A stretch of 64,000 bases of DNA from Eledone cirrhosa (GCA_964016885.1 OZ024749.1:6820001-6884000); one strand, 5' to 3'; counted from the stretch's first letter, positions 13,052-27,205 are shown. The notes: generated by a model from the sequence alone, not told the origin. Numbers and translations are program-made.

Positions 13052-14350
13052 GGCTATAACAGTGGAGTTCAAGGCTGGCTGCCCATGGGAACTCTTATAT
13101 GCAGATGATCTAACGCTGATAGCTGAATCAATGGCCGAACTAGAGAAGAAATTCCAAACATGGAAGCATGGCATAGAATCAAAAGGCCTTAAAATTAACC
13201 TGTCTAAGACTAAAGTTCTAGTTTGTAGGAAGGAACATAGGGAAATGGCCATGCTCAGTGTGTAGGAAAGGAGTAGGTAGAAACTCCATTTTATGTGCCA
13301 AATGCAAAGTATGGGTGCATAAAAGATGTAGTGGGATCACAGGTAAGCTAACTAAGAACATAGATTTTATATGTGGCCGGTGCTCTGGTGCAATAAGTAG
13401 CAGCAAGTGCCCAGAGAATACTAGCTCATTCCATTGCACAGATGGTTCTATAGAAATAGTGGACAGCTTCCGTTACCTGGGTGACAAAATCAGCAGTGGG
13501 GGAGGGTGCTCTGAAAGTACAGCAGCTAGAGTCAGAACTGGATGGAAAAAGTTCAGAGAGCTTATACCACTATTGTCCGCTAAAGGGTTCTCTAAAAATG
13601 AAAGGCAGGCTGTATGATGCCTGCATACGAACAGCAATGTTACATGGCAGTGAGACCTGGGCATTGTGTGCAGAGGATATATGCAGACTGGAGAGGAATG
13701 AAGCTTGCATGCTCTGCTGGATGTGTAATAGTAATATATGTGAACGGCAAAGCATAAACGAACTAAGGGAAAAATTAGAAATAAGAGGGATCAGATGTTG
13801 TTTACTCGAGAGAAGACTACATTGGTATGGTCACGTGATGCGCATGAAAGACGACAGCTGTATAAAAAAGTGCAGGGCAATAAAAATTGACGGTAGCCAC
13901 GGAGTAGGCAGACCCAGAAAAATCTGGGACGACTTGATAAATTCCGACCTCACACACTTACACCTCTCCAAGACAATGTCAATGGACCGAGATCTTTGGC
14001 GCTACACAGTAATACAGAAGACCCACCTTACCTAAGTACAAAGTGAAACCTACTACAGTCAGTAGGCATCTCTAACAAAATACACCCCCGTCCCACTACC
14101 CCACCCCATCCACACCACCCCTTTCAATGTAAAGTTATGTTGGTACCACAACATCCAGTCCGAAACAAATGAGGTCATGTAGGTGTCACGACAAAAAAAC
14201 ACACAGTCCACGCTGTAATGTGGCCGTGTAGGCAACACGGTAAAAACCTCCCAGTCCACACTGTAAACGTGGTTGGTGTTAGGAAGGGCATCCAGCCGTA
14301 GAAAACCTGCCAGACAGTCCTATGCGAGCAAGACAACCACTCTTACCTCA
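13049..14350 (+). mobile_element. RTE-clade LINE, 5'-truncated and frameshifted
   Basis: RT motif [17 protein letters not shown], Cys/His cluster [53 protein letters not shown]; 3' UTR follows. Confidence 0.92.
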
Positions 14351-14351
14351 A

Positions 14352-14903
<552 letters not shown>

Positions 14904-15310
14904 TATACAGAGGAAAACCCCACATAGACAGACAGACAGACAGCTAGATAGATAGATAGACTGAAAGAGATGGAAGGGGAGGAGCATAAAAGCAGTGCTA
15001 TTGACCTGTCACTCATTCTTGTTAATGTCTTGATCTGGACAAATATAGCAAGTCAGACTTGATAATAGAAAACTTGACAGGTTTATCTCACAATATACAA
15101 TAGAATAATACAATATACAATGATATAGTAATATACATATTTCATGAAGGGTGCCAAAATGTTTCAAGCTAGTTTATCATTACAACTGATTTTTAAACAA
15201 TTCAGACTTGAACCTTTGCAAGAAAATCGTTAAAATGAATCAGCTTGAAATATTTTTAATTGGAAACAACATTTCTGATCTAATTTGGTTGCTCACAAAT
15301 TTACAGTATA

Positions 15311-15375
<65 letters not shown>

Positions 15376-15428
15376 CTCCTCTTTTCCATGCTTGCATGGA
15401 AATATATTTATATATACATACTCCTCAT

Positions 15429-15465
<37 letters not shown>

Positions 15466-15910
15466 ATTCATATATATATATATATATATATTTTGTTTTA
15501 AATATATATATATATAAAAGCGGACGTAAAATGATGATGATATATATATATATATTATATAATTATATATATATATATTTTTTATATATACACATACACA
15601 TATTACCATAATACCCATCAAAAATGACACGGTTTATAGAAAAAATATTTAAATTATAGCAATAACTGCTTGAATACAACAGTCTATGTAATATGACAGA
15701 CTCCTCGGGAGATGAATGGGTTCATTGGCATAATGGTAGCATTCTTGTCCAGCAAACAAAAAGTGCAATGGACTTCCATGTGCACTGATGCTCATCATTT
15801 TCTGTTCAGTGGAATTATCTCCTCCTTATTATTAGATTATTTTATTTAGTCAAAGTTTAAGCAAAGTCTAATTTAATTTTTGCTCACACACACACATATA
15901 TATATATATA

Positions 15911-17068
15911 TCATCATCACCGTTTTACGTCCGTTCTTCCACGCTAGCATGGGTTAGACGGGTTGTCCTGTTGTGGGCAGTGTCTGGTCGGCTGACCATG
16001 CCTTGCTCATACAGGAACTGATCTGGCTTGATTTCTACAGCTGGATGCCCTTCCTAACACCAACCTCATTTACAGTGAGTGCTGGGTGCTTTTTCGTGGC
16101 ACCTACACGTCCACTTTACAGTGTGGGCTGGGTGCTTTTTTGCCGTGGCACCTCCACGGCCACCTTGCGGTGGGGGGGGGGGGCATATTGTTTATATGCT
16201 TCAGCATGTACCCATGGGAGGTCGGGTACCCTGTATTACTGCGTGACGCCAGAGGTCACGGTCGTGTGCCATTGACTTTGAGAGGTGTAGTTGGGTAAGG
16301 TCGGCTTTTATCACCTCATCCCAAGTCATCTTGGGTCTCCCCACTCCGCGGTTTCCATCAACTTCTAGTGCTCTGCACCTTTTTATGCAGCTGTCATCCT
16401 TCATACGCATCACATGTCCATACCAGCGTAACCGCCTCTCCTGCACGCAGCATTTGATTCCTCTTATGCTCAGTCTCTCTCTCAATTCCTTTATGCTTTG
16501 TCGTTCACGTATATTACTGTTACACATCCATCGGAGCATGCAGGCTTCGTTTCTCTCTAATCTACGTAAGTCTTCCACCTTCAGCGCCCAGGTCTCACTA
16601 CCATGCAACATCGCTGTTCGGATACACGCATCATACAGTCTGCCTTTCATTCTGAGGGAGAAGCCTTTTGCAGCTAGCAGTGGTAGTAGTTCCCTAAACT
16701 TCTTCCATCCCGTTATTACCCTAGTTATTGTACTTTCTGAGCACCCACCTCCGTTGCTAATTCGGTCACCTAGGTAGCAGAAGCTGTCTACTGTTTCTAC
16801 AGGGCCCTCCCAGAGATTGGTGGTGCTTGTTTCCTGTGGCTGTTTGCTTGCTGTTTCAGCACAGCTGCTGCTTGTGAATCCTACATTCTTAATTAAGCTT
16901 CCTGAGATCCCGCTACATCTCTTGTGTACCCATTGTTTGCATTTGGGGCAGAGAATGGAGTTCCTACCTACACCTTTCCTACATACTGAGCAAGGCCATT
17001 TCCCTGAGGGGATCTGGGTTCTGTTTTCTCGTCTACTTACAAGGACCTTAGTCTTTGTCATGTTGACT
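15911..17068 (-). mobile_element. RTE-clade LINE, 5'-truncated, second subfamily
   Basis: [42 protein letters not shown]; stop at 16201; 3' UTR and (ATG)n tail at ~15911-15925. Confidence 0.92.
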
Positions 17069-17367
17069 TTATATGTATATATATGTATATATTTATCATG
17101 TATATGTATGTATATATATATATATATATATATATGTAAATATATAAATATGTATGTGTGTGTGTATATATGTATACATGTATATTTGTATATATAGGTA
17201 TATGTATATATATGTGTATGTATATATGCATATACATACACACACATATATATATATATATATAATAAATGTAATCTGAGTTTTTTGAATATTAATAATA
17301 ACATTCGATTCGTTTGCAATTCTGCAAACAAGCCTCATTTTTAAAGCCATGTCAGTAGAATGAACCC

Positions 17368-17456
<89 letters not shown>

Positions 17457-17495
17457 GTATAATACGAATACAAGAAACGTCCGCATTCATTCGTA

Positions 17496-17573
17496 AATTG
17501 CCTTGTCTGACGAACGCATGCGGATGTTTCTTGTATTCGTCTTATTCGGGAAACCTTTGGTAATGAGGTAATT
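17496..17573 (+). ncRNA. Type I hammerhead ribozyme
   Basis: 11-bp helix I AATTGCCTTGT / ATGAGGTAATT (3 G-U); CTGACGA 17507-17513; GAA-ACC TTT GGT-A (GUA site, A17562). Helix II is 36 nt and partly degenerate. Confidence 0.7.
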
Positions 17574-17778
17574 ATATTGTATTGTTTATTATACATTAAA
17601 TTTACCTCTGTAACTTACATAGAGCACTCTTCACTCCTATGACTTTTTCAATTTTCAACGGAAACTTCAATACCTATATATATATGTATAATATATAATA
17701 CTCCATTACTACAAACTGTAGAGTGCTACTTATCCGATATTTGCATTGCTTTATTGTGCTACAATAAAACTCACCTCC

Positions 17779-17822
<44 letters not shown>

Positions 17823-17907
17823 CATATATATAATTCGTTTTCGAATCTGTATTGCGAGATTTCTTATCTGAAAACTTGTGTTGAAACAGAGACACAATAA
17901 ATAAAAA

Positions 17908-17958
17908 TATAGTCACTGAAGAGGTCACAGAATGTGTGATGAAAGAGCTTTGACAATA
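17908..17958 (+). ncRNA. Type I hammerhead ribozyme (minimal helix III)
   Basis: GTCA-CTGAAGA-G-GTCACA GAATG TGTGAT-GAA-AG AG CT-T-TGAC; homologous copy at 36717-36759 (-). Confidence 0.72.
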
Positions 17959-18093
17959 TATAAACAACCTTCCGGTTTTCGAACCAACCAACCAACCAAC
18001 CAACTGGAAACTTAAAAATAAATTGAACCAACAGATGTGTATTTTTATTGGTAGCCTAACCCTTGCAACATATAACAATATATATATATATAT

Positions 18094-18541
18094 ATCTGAG
18101 TCTCTGTCCACGTATTGACCTGCTGATAGGTGGTATATTGACATATAGATCCTTAATTGTTGGGTGTTCCCTCCAAGACACGTTTAAAGCAGCGCGGAGC
18201 ATACGTGTGTCTGCCCCGTTTAGCTTTTTCTCCAGTTTCGACGTTACCGTCCAAGTGATAGAGCCATAAACAAGCACAGACTCCACAGCAGCTCTGAAGA
18301 AATTCCTCAGATTTGCTGGCCCCTGTTGGCGCAGCAAGGAAGAAATAGCAGGTGATGTGTTGTTATGGAGTCCATCTCATGGAGCAACAAAACGCTGGTC
18401 GTCCCAAGAAGACATACGTCAAGAAACTTGAGGACGATACTGGATGCACTGCGGAAGAACTGGGAAACGCTATGAGAGACAGAGATGGATGGAGGAAACG
18501 TGTCGTAGAAAGCCGAGCAAGCTCGACCTGATGATGATGAT
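18094..18541 (+). mobile_element. RTE/RTEX-like LINE 3' fragment with 5' inversion
   Basis: Minus segment 18094-18310 encodes ESVLVYGSITW..RMLRAALNVSW..QRLR. Plus segment 18306-18541 continues LRFAGPCWR..MRDRDGWRKRV to a (TGA)n tail. Confidence 0.85.
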
Positions 18542-18792
18542 CTATATATATATATATATAGCAAGGGTAAAATTATAACTATTTGTATGTAGACAGCTAT
18601 ACAGGAGAGTATATAATTTCCAAACCATCATCATCATCATCGTTTAACGTCCATCTTCCATGCTAGCATGGGTTAGACGGTCCATATAGTTCTATATAAA
18701 CCTGAATGTGTTTATGTAGTTCTGGGTGAAAGAAATGAGACACCTTTAAGAAAAACATGTATAGATATATAGAAGTAAAAACAGACCACATC

Positions 18793-19070
18793 CAGAGTTG
18801 GGTTTAGATATTGGGAGGCCCAGAGCACTTTAGGTTCGGGGTCCCCTTTCGAGGACCCCTCATACACAAAAAAATAGAATACAGAGCAAACTCCTCAATT
18901 TTCCATATCAAAGCTAGCTTGGCACAAGTAATTGGAATTGAACATTTATACATACAGGTATTGAATTAAAAAACTAAAAAGCCCAGCCGAGGGCATTGGT
19001 ATATTGCTACGGCCATCACTGGTGGGGCCCCCACAGCAGGGTTCCCACGACACCATTAAATCCTGCCCTG
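18793..19070. mobile_element. hAT-type MITE
   Basis: Degenerate TIRs CAGAGTTGGGTTTA / TAAATCCTGCCCTG; 8-bp TSD ACCACATC / ACCATATC. Confidence 0.7.
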
Positions 19071-19127
19071 ACCATATCTAAACAAAGATATACATACAGT
19101 TTTAAGATAGTAATCATGACTACATAT

Positions 19128-19533
19128 TTAACATTTACATTACTCTATATTTACTATTGTATTTTCACGGTAAACACTTTATAGCACATAATATCAAATC
19201 TACGAAATTTTAATATTTATTTTGAGAACAATATCTTAACATATATATGAGCAGCCAGTTACAGATGGTTTGAACAGAAAGAGGTGAGAAAATTCTGGTG
19301 TCATACAGCCTGTTTAACCCTTTACCATTTACATTATTTATATTTACTATTGTATTTTCTTGGTAAACACTTCATCTCACATAATATATTACATAGTATC
19401 GAAGCTATGAGATTTTGATATTTATTTTGAGAACAATACCTTAACATCAGTATGAGTGGCTGATTATGGCTGGTTTGAACAGGAAGTGGTGAGAGAATTC
19501 TGGTCGGATGCAGCTAGTTTAAAAGCTAAAGTA
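19128..19533. mobile_element. Two tandem piggyBac-type MITE copies
   Basis: Both match the 7868 family in reverse orientation; junction TTAA at ~19314-19317. Confidence 0.78.
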
Positions 19534-20117
19534 TTAAAATATTAATTGTGATTAGCATAGCAATGTGCCTTGCATACATACATATCACATGATCACCTTA
19601 ATTATTTGTCACATAACTGTGATATTAGTAGTCAAACCAGCCAACATCTTGGTCTTTCTCTGTCATAAAATAGTGAGAGCCATGACAATTCCTCAATCAA
19701 AGATTGGAAAAATTCAAAAGACACTGATAAATCAAACTTCGTTATCTGCGACTTCTTAATATTCTACAAACGTAAGCAAGATGTTTCTAAATATTTATAA
19801 TTTTTTGTGAAAAATGTATTAGCAATAGAATCAACAAAGGAATTGTTATTTTACAACATTATATTATAATTCAATAGAGATTGAGTAAAATAAGGTGTAC
19901 ACGTGCACACATTCTATATATGTGTGTATATGTATATATACACACATATATGTCTGTATGTATATATATATATATCTATATGAATATATGTATATATATA
20001 TATATATGTCTGTATATATGTATATATATCTATATATATGTGTATATATATATCTATATATATATATGTCTGTATATATATATTGCTATATATGTATGTG
20101 TGTGTGTATATATATAT

Positions 20118-20464
20118 GGAGGCACATAGCTTAGTGGTTACAGCATTGGCCTTGCAATCGAAAGGCTGTGAGTTCAATTCTCAGACCGGGTGATGTGTTG
20201 TTTCCTTGAGCAAGACACTTTATTTCACATTACTCCAGTTTACTCAGCTGTAGAAATGAGATGATAGGACTGGGGTCCCTATCATTCCACTGCAAAGTGC
20301 TCGTGGGGGTGCCACGGCAAAAAAAGCTCCCAGCACTTACTGTAAATGAGGTTGGTGTTAGGAAGGGCATCCAGCTGTAGAAATCAAGCCCTAATCAGTT
20401 CCCATCCCACACTTGCAAGCAGGGAAAAAAACGGACGTAAAATCATGATGATGATGATGATGAT
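20118..20464 (+). mobile_element. SINE family A, full length
   Basis: A/B box head after (TA)n; (ATG)n tail. Confidence 0.88.
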
Positions 20465-20506
20465 ACATATACACATATATATATGTATATATATATATAA
20501 AGATAA

Positions 20507-20576
<70 letters not shown>

Positions 20577-20610
20577 CAATAAATGGAAACTATATTTATA
20601 AAACCATATT

Positions 20611-20671
20611 TATTCTATTATATATATTTCAAGGGTACCAAAACTTTGGTACGCTCTCATCAGATAAAATA
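20611..20671 (-). ncRNA. Type I hammerhead ribozyme
   Basis: Minus strand TATTTTAT-CTGATGA-GAGC GTACCAAA GT TTTGGTAC CCTT-GAA-ATATATAT-A-ATAGAATA; intact core, palindromic helix III, AUA site. Confidence 0.78.
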
Positions 20672-20789
20672 CAAAGTTTGTTTTATAAATTTTGACATAT
20701 CCAGGAACGAGATCTTAACAGTTCAAGTTTTTACTGTATATAAATATATATATTTGTTGAATTACCAACAAATTAAATATCCCTTTGTT

Positions 20790-20868
<79 letters not shown>

Positions 20869-21016
20869 AAAAAAAGGAAAAGAATGACTTCACTTGTAGC
20901 GTTAAAAAATTTCTGATTTAATTTTAAATTTTATTTTATATTATAATATTATAAAATTAAATATTCTTTTCCTTTTTTTCAAATATACCTAACTCTACCA
21001 AGGATCTCAAACATTT

Positions 21017-21079
<63 letters not shown>

Positions 21080-21097
21080 CATAAATATCTGTATATA

Positions 21098-21131
<34 letters not shown>

Positions 21132-21282
21132 CATATACCTATATATATATATACCTACATATATATATATCTATATACATACATATAAATATATATATAC
21201 ATATGTGTTTGTGTGTATATATACACATGTATATACACATATATACATATGTTTGTTTATGTATGCATGTATAGATATGTGT

Positions 21283-21334
<52 letters not shown>

Positions 21335-21727
21335 GAGAGAGAGAGAGAGAAAGAGTGAGAGCGAAGGGGCGGGGCATGTGTGTTTATGTATTTATGTATA
21401 TATATATATATATACACAACTATATACAAACATACATATACATGACATGAATACTCATTCACACACACAAACACGTGCACGCTCACCCCCACACACATAC
21501 CCACCCACACCCACACACACACACACACAGATATTCACCCATACACACACACATTCCTACTCACATATACACACACATATTTTGAGTGTTTTCTGAACTA
21601 CACAACTATATCAACACACCATAAATAATCTCACTAAAGATTACACTTTACAAAGGATCAGATTTTAAAGAAAATATTAGCTTTCTGTGAAAAATAATTA
21701 AAATTAAAACATGGCATGCTTCATTTT

Positions 21728-22587
21728 CACCACCACCACCACCACTACTACCACTGCCATCACCAGCAACACCACCACTACTACCACCACCACCACTGCC
21801 ATCACTGCCATCACCAGCACCACCACCACTACTACCACCACCATCACTACCATCACCAGCACCACCACCACTACTACTACCACCACCATCACTGCCATTG
21901 CCAGCACGACGACCACCACCACTACTACTATCACTGCCATCACCAGCACCACCACCACTACTACTACCACCACCATCACTGCCATCACCACCACCACCAC
22001 CCCCACTACCACCACCATCACTGCCATCACCAGCACCCCCACTACCACCACCATCACAGCCATCACCAGCACGACCACCACCACCACCACCACCACTACC
22101 ACCACCATCACTGCCATCACCACCACCACCACTACCACCACCACCTTCACCACCGCCACCACCATCACCATCACCACCACCACCACCATCACCACCACGA
22201 CCACGACCACCACCACCACTACTACTATCACTGCCATCACCAGTACCACTACCACCACTACCACCACCATCACTGCGATCACCACCATCACCACCACCAT
22301 CACCATCACCACCATCACCACCACCACCACCACCACCACCACAACCATCACCACCATCACCACCACCACCACCACCACCATCACCACCATCACCACCACC
22401 ATCACCACCATCACCACCACCACCACCACCATCACCACCACAACCATCACCACCACCATCACCACCACAACCATCACCACCATCACCACCACCACCACCA
22501 CCATCACCACCATCACCACCACCATCACCACCATCACCACCACCATCACCACCACCACCACCACCACCACCATCACCACCACCATCA
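21728..22587. repeat. (CAC/CAT)n microsatellite
   Basis: Source of the poly-H/T/P/V ORFs. Confidence 0.95.
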
Positions 22588-22941
22588 TTGTTAATATTAT
22601 TACAAATTAATTAATATTTTCAACAGCCTCAGAAAACTGTTTTCTATAAAAAAAAATAGATTTTTACATTTGCTATTTTCAGAATTATGGAAACGCTTAT
22701 CAATCAAATAAATACATTGAAGTCACATCTCCTCCTGCCACTCCTTGTCCTCTTCCTCCTCCTTACCCCCCCTCATCATTCTCCTTGTCATCTTCCTCCC
22801 CCTTTACCCTCCCCTCTTCATCCTTCTCCTTGTCCTACTCCTCCTCCAACAGACACGATAGATGAAGCAACGTAAAGAGAGGAAAAAAGGAAAAAGTCAA
22901 GTCAATAATTCATTTCGAAATATATATATATATATATTTAT

Positions 22942-23150
22942 ATATTTATTAAAATAACAGATTAAAGTTTAAGCAAAGAATGGCTGCTTTCACCCTTAAC
23001 GGGATCTTAAGGGTGAAAGCAGCGATTCTTTGCTTAAACTTTAATCTGTTATTTTAATAAATATTTGCTCTACGGTTCTTATATATTTGATATATATTTA
23101 TCCTTATCGAGCCCTCTTTGGATTTTAGTCTTCAAATTTATTATTATTAC
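22942..23150 (+). mobile_element. Fold-back remnant of a hammerhead-bearing element (Penelope pLTR/retrozyme-like)
   Basis: 58-bp inverted arms 22942-22999 / 23007-23064; 23007-23150 is nearly identical to 26558-26700. Confidence 0.7.
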
Positions 23151-23179
23151 TATATATATATATATATATATTACGTAGA

Positions 23180-23526
23180 TCATCATCATCATCATCATCA
23201 TCATTTTACGTGGGCTTCTCCCTGCTTGCAAGGGTGGGACGGGAACTGATTCTGGCTTGATTTCTACAGCTGGATGCCCTTCCTAACACCAACCTCCTTT
23301 ACAGTGAGTGCTGGGTGCTTTTTTGCAGTGGCACCTCCACGACCACTTTGCAGTGGAATGATAGGGACCCCAGTCCCTATCATCTCATTTCTACAGCTGA
23401 GTAAACTGGAGCAATGTGAAATAAAGTGTCTTGCTCAAGGAAACAACACTTCACCCGGTCTGAGAATTGAACTCACAACCTTTCGATTGCAAGCCCAATG
23501 CTCTAACCACTAAGCCATGTGCCTCC
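23180..23526 (-). mobile_element. SINE family A, full length
   Basis: Same consensus as 4765-5111. Confidence 0.88.
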
Positions 23527-23844
23527 ATTGTATATATATTTATATATATATATATTACCCACTCTACAACCCTCAGTATTGAGTACTCTGGTGCGTTATG
23601 GTCCACCTGGTATCTTACCACACTCTCTTTGTTATAGTTGGTTACAGTTTAATCTGTGAAGTGGTAGTGCTGTTGCTGCAGAAAAAGCACCCAGTACACT
23701 CTGTAAAACGATTATCAATATGCTGGCTGACAATGCAACCATAGAAACTGCACAAAAGAAGGAATGTAAGTGTGATGCTGGGTCGACCAGCATCACCTGT
23801 CTCAGACATCTTCTACAACAGAGGCTGACAGGAAAAGTGAACAT

Positions 23845-24152
23845 ATGATGGTGATGATGATGTTAATGATGATGATGATGATGATGATGATGACGATGAT
23901 GATGATGATGACGATGATGGTAATGACAACTATGATGGTGATGACAACAACTATGATGGTGATGACAACAACTATGATGGTGATGACAACAATGATGGTG
24001 ATGACAACAATGATGGTGATGACAACAGTGATGGTGATGACAACAGTGATGGTGATGACAACAATGATGGTGATGGTGATGACAACAATGATGGTGATGA
24101 TGACGGCGATGGTGATGACAACTATGATGGTGACGAACATGATAATGATGAT
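23845..24152. repeat. (ATG)n and 18-bp ATGGTGATGACAACAATG compound repeat
   Basis: Direct inspection. Confidence 0.9.
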
Positions 24153-24318
24153 ACAGTAAATATATTTATGGTGGAGGAGACAGTGAGCCGCCATCTTAGT
24201 GAAGCTAACCAGTAACTTTGACATTTCCTACCTGTTTCCATAGTAACTGTTCTACCGTCATGTTCCACAACACATTTATAACTCTTGATTCTCAAAAATG
24301 AAATTGGTAATATATATA

Positions 24319-25165
24319 TCATCATCATCATCATCGTTTAACGTCCATATTCCACGCTAGCATGGGTCTGGACAGGCATTTTTCCACTTGAGGCAAGATT
24401 GGTTGTCTTACTCAGGGATATCTGCTGGGTTTTCTATGGCTGGATGCCCTTCCTAACACCAACCACGTTTACAGTGTGGACTGGGAGGTTTTTACCGTGT
24501 TACCAACACGGCCACATTACAGCGTGGACTGTGTGTTTTTTTTTTTTGTCGTGACACCTACACGACTTCATTTATTTCGGACTGGATGTTGTGGTACCAA
24601 CATAGCTTTACATAGAAAGGGGTGGTGTAGATGGTGGTGGGCGTAGTGGGACGGGGGTGTATTTTGGTAAGAGGTGCCTACTGACTGTAGGTTTCGCTTT
24701 GCACTTAGGCAAGGTGGTGGGTCTTCTGTATTACTGAGTACCGCCAAAGATCTCGGTCCAGTGACATTGTCTTGGAGAGGTGTAAGTGTGTGAGGTCAGA
24801 ATTTATCAGGTCGTCCCAGGTTTTTCTGGGTCTGCCTACTAAATGGCTACCGTCTATTTTGATCAGCCTGCACATTTTTATACAGCTGTCGTCTTTCAAG
24901 CGCATCACGTGACCATACCAACGTAGTCTTCTCTCGAGTAAACAACATCTGATCCCTCTTATTCCTAATTTCTCACTTAGTCCATTTATGCTTTGCCGTT
25001 CGCATATATTACTATTACACATCCAACGGAGCATGCAAGCTTCGTTCCTCTCCAGTCTGCGTAGATCCTCTGCACACAATGCCCAGGTCTCAGTGCCATG
25101 TAACATTGCTGTTCGTATGCAGGCATCATACAGCCTGCCTTTCATTTTTAGAGAGAAACCTTTTT
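24319..25165 (-). mobile_element. RTE-clade LINE 3' fragment (same subfamily as 13049-14350)
   Basis: ORF 24705-25145 is nearly identical to 13598-14035; 3' UTR and (ATG)n tail present. Confidence 0.92.
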
Positions 25166-25307
25166 AGAGAGCACCCACCACTCACTGTAAATGAGGTTGG
25201 TGTTAGGAAGGGCATCCAGCTGTAGAAATCAAGCCAGAATCAGTTCCCATCCCACCCTTGCAAGCAGGGAAAAGTGGACGTAAAATGATGATGATGATGA
25301 TGATGAA

Positions 25308-25728
25308 TCAATATATTAATAAATGGAAACTATATTTATAAAACCATAATTATTTTATTATATATATGTCAAGGGCAACCAAGGCAATTTTGGTGCACTT
25401 TCATCAGATAAAATACAAAATTTGTTTTATAAATATTGACATACCCTTAGAAAAACAACCTTGACGGTTGAAGGTTCGCTGAAGGTTGTTTTTCTAAGGG
25501 TATGTCAACATTTATAAAACAAATTTTGTATTTTATCTGATGAAAGTGCACCAAAACTGCCTTGGTTGCCTTTAAAATATATATACTAAAATAATTATGG
25601 TTTTATAAATATAGTTTCCATTTATTAATATATTGAATATTTACTCCAGTAAATTGTTGAGTGCTTTATATCAGTTATAAAACTTTTAAGCTTGTTGAAT
25701 CCCAACAAATTAAATATAACTTCTGCAT
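25308..25728 (+). mobile_element. Fold-back element with two degenerate hammerheads (25351-25415 minus, 25529-25592 plus)
   Basis: ~155-bp inverted arms 25308-25462 / 25482-25636. Both arms carry TATTTTAT-CTGATGA, with GAAA mutated to GACA and AAAA respectively. Homologous to 20577-20700 and 40372-40545. Confidence 0.78.
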
Positions 25729-26195
25729 ATATATATAGCTTCTATCTTTAGCACAATGTTAATGTCACTAGTAAGTAAATCAGCACAGCTTGTTACTCCT
25801 GGCTATTATAAAATGGCAGTTGTAACATGTCAACACACCTACAACAGTCACTTCACAGTGAAGATAAAACCATAATTGTCCAAAAACTTTGATGGAGCTG
25901 TCAGTTTTACTGTTCCAAACATATCAGACACCTCTTGGAACTAGGAAATATAACCTAATAAAAGGAAACTAGGTTAATGTGGTATCTTCAATGGATGTAT
26001 ATGTGGGTGTGTATAAATATAGAAATATATATATATTTATTTTCGACCGGTGGTCAGTCAATGGCAACATTGAGGACCGAGTAAGTTAGATTACCAATAT
26101 AAAAGACACAGAAGCGAGAAGCGAAAACCAACCAAACAGTGAGTGTGTTCTGTTATTAATTCTGGCAATATTACACAAATATGACCCTCCCCAAG

Positions 26196-26236
<41 letters not shown>

Positions 26237-26540
26237 TATATGTGTGTGTTCTCCCCGCTCCACATATGTCGTATTATTTTCGTTTTTTCCATTCATTGCC
26301 AGAGAACGTCTCTATGAACCACCTAATAGAATATTAGTCTACGACCTATTTTATACATGAATGTGGTTTTATCTTTGCGTGTAATTGTTTTTCACCGCTC
26401 AAATAATGACGTACTATATTCGCTTTTTCCCGTTCTTTGCCAGGGAACGTTTCCACGAACTAAGTATCGCCTTCCTGTCTTCCCTTCCCCGGTTGCAACG
26501 TTTTTTGAAATATTCACTTCTGCATTCGATTAACTTTGTT

Positions 26541-26591
26541 AGTTTCAGAAGATCCCGTTAAGGGTGAAAGCAGCGATTCTTTGCTTAAACT
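26541..26591 (+). ncRNA. Type I hammerhead ribozyme, U4A core variant
   Basis: AGTTT-CAGAAGA-T CCC GTTAA GGG T-GAA-AGCAG CGATTCT TTGCT-T-AAACT. Confidence 0.6.
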
Positions 26592-26707
26592 TTAATCTGT
26601 TATTTTATAAATATTTGCTCTACGGTTCTTATATATTTGATATATATTTATCCTTATCGAGCCCTCTTTGGATTTTAGTCTTCAAATTTATTATTATTAC
26701 TATATAC

Positions 26708-26770
<63 letters not shown>

Positions 26771-27020
26771 GGGGCATATAACGTCCAATTACTATATGTT
26801 CACCCAGGCACTCGATGCATAGTTTCGAATCAGTAAAGAGGTGTAGTACTAAGCAGAGTGTAATTATATATATATATATATATGCATATATGTATATACA
26901 GATACAGACACATATGCAAACCCATTGAAAATACCACATTAACCTAGTTTCCTAATATGTATATATATCTATATATATGTGTGTGTGTGTATATGTATGA
27001 GTGTGGCTTGTGAGTGTATG

Positions 27021-27060
<40 letters not shown>

Positions 27061-27205
27061 TACAAACATGAGAGAGAGTGTGGTAGTTAGGCAGAGAGGG
27101 TAGGGAGATAAATTTGTTAAATTTAATGAGAAACAATAATTGGAAAATATCAGGTGTGATATTACTAGAGTTGGTATTATTGATATTGTTGTTGTTGTTG
27201 TTGTT

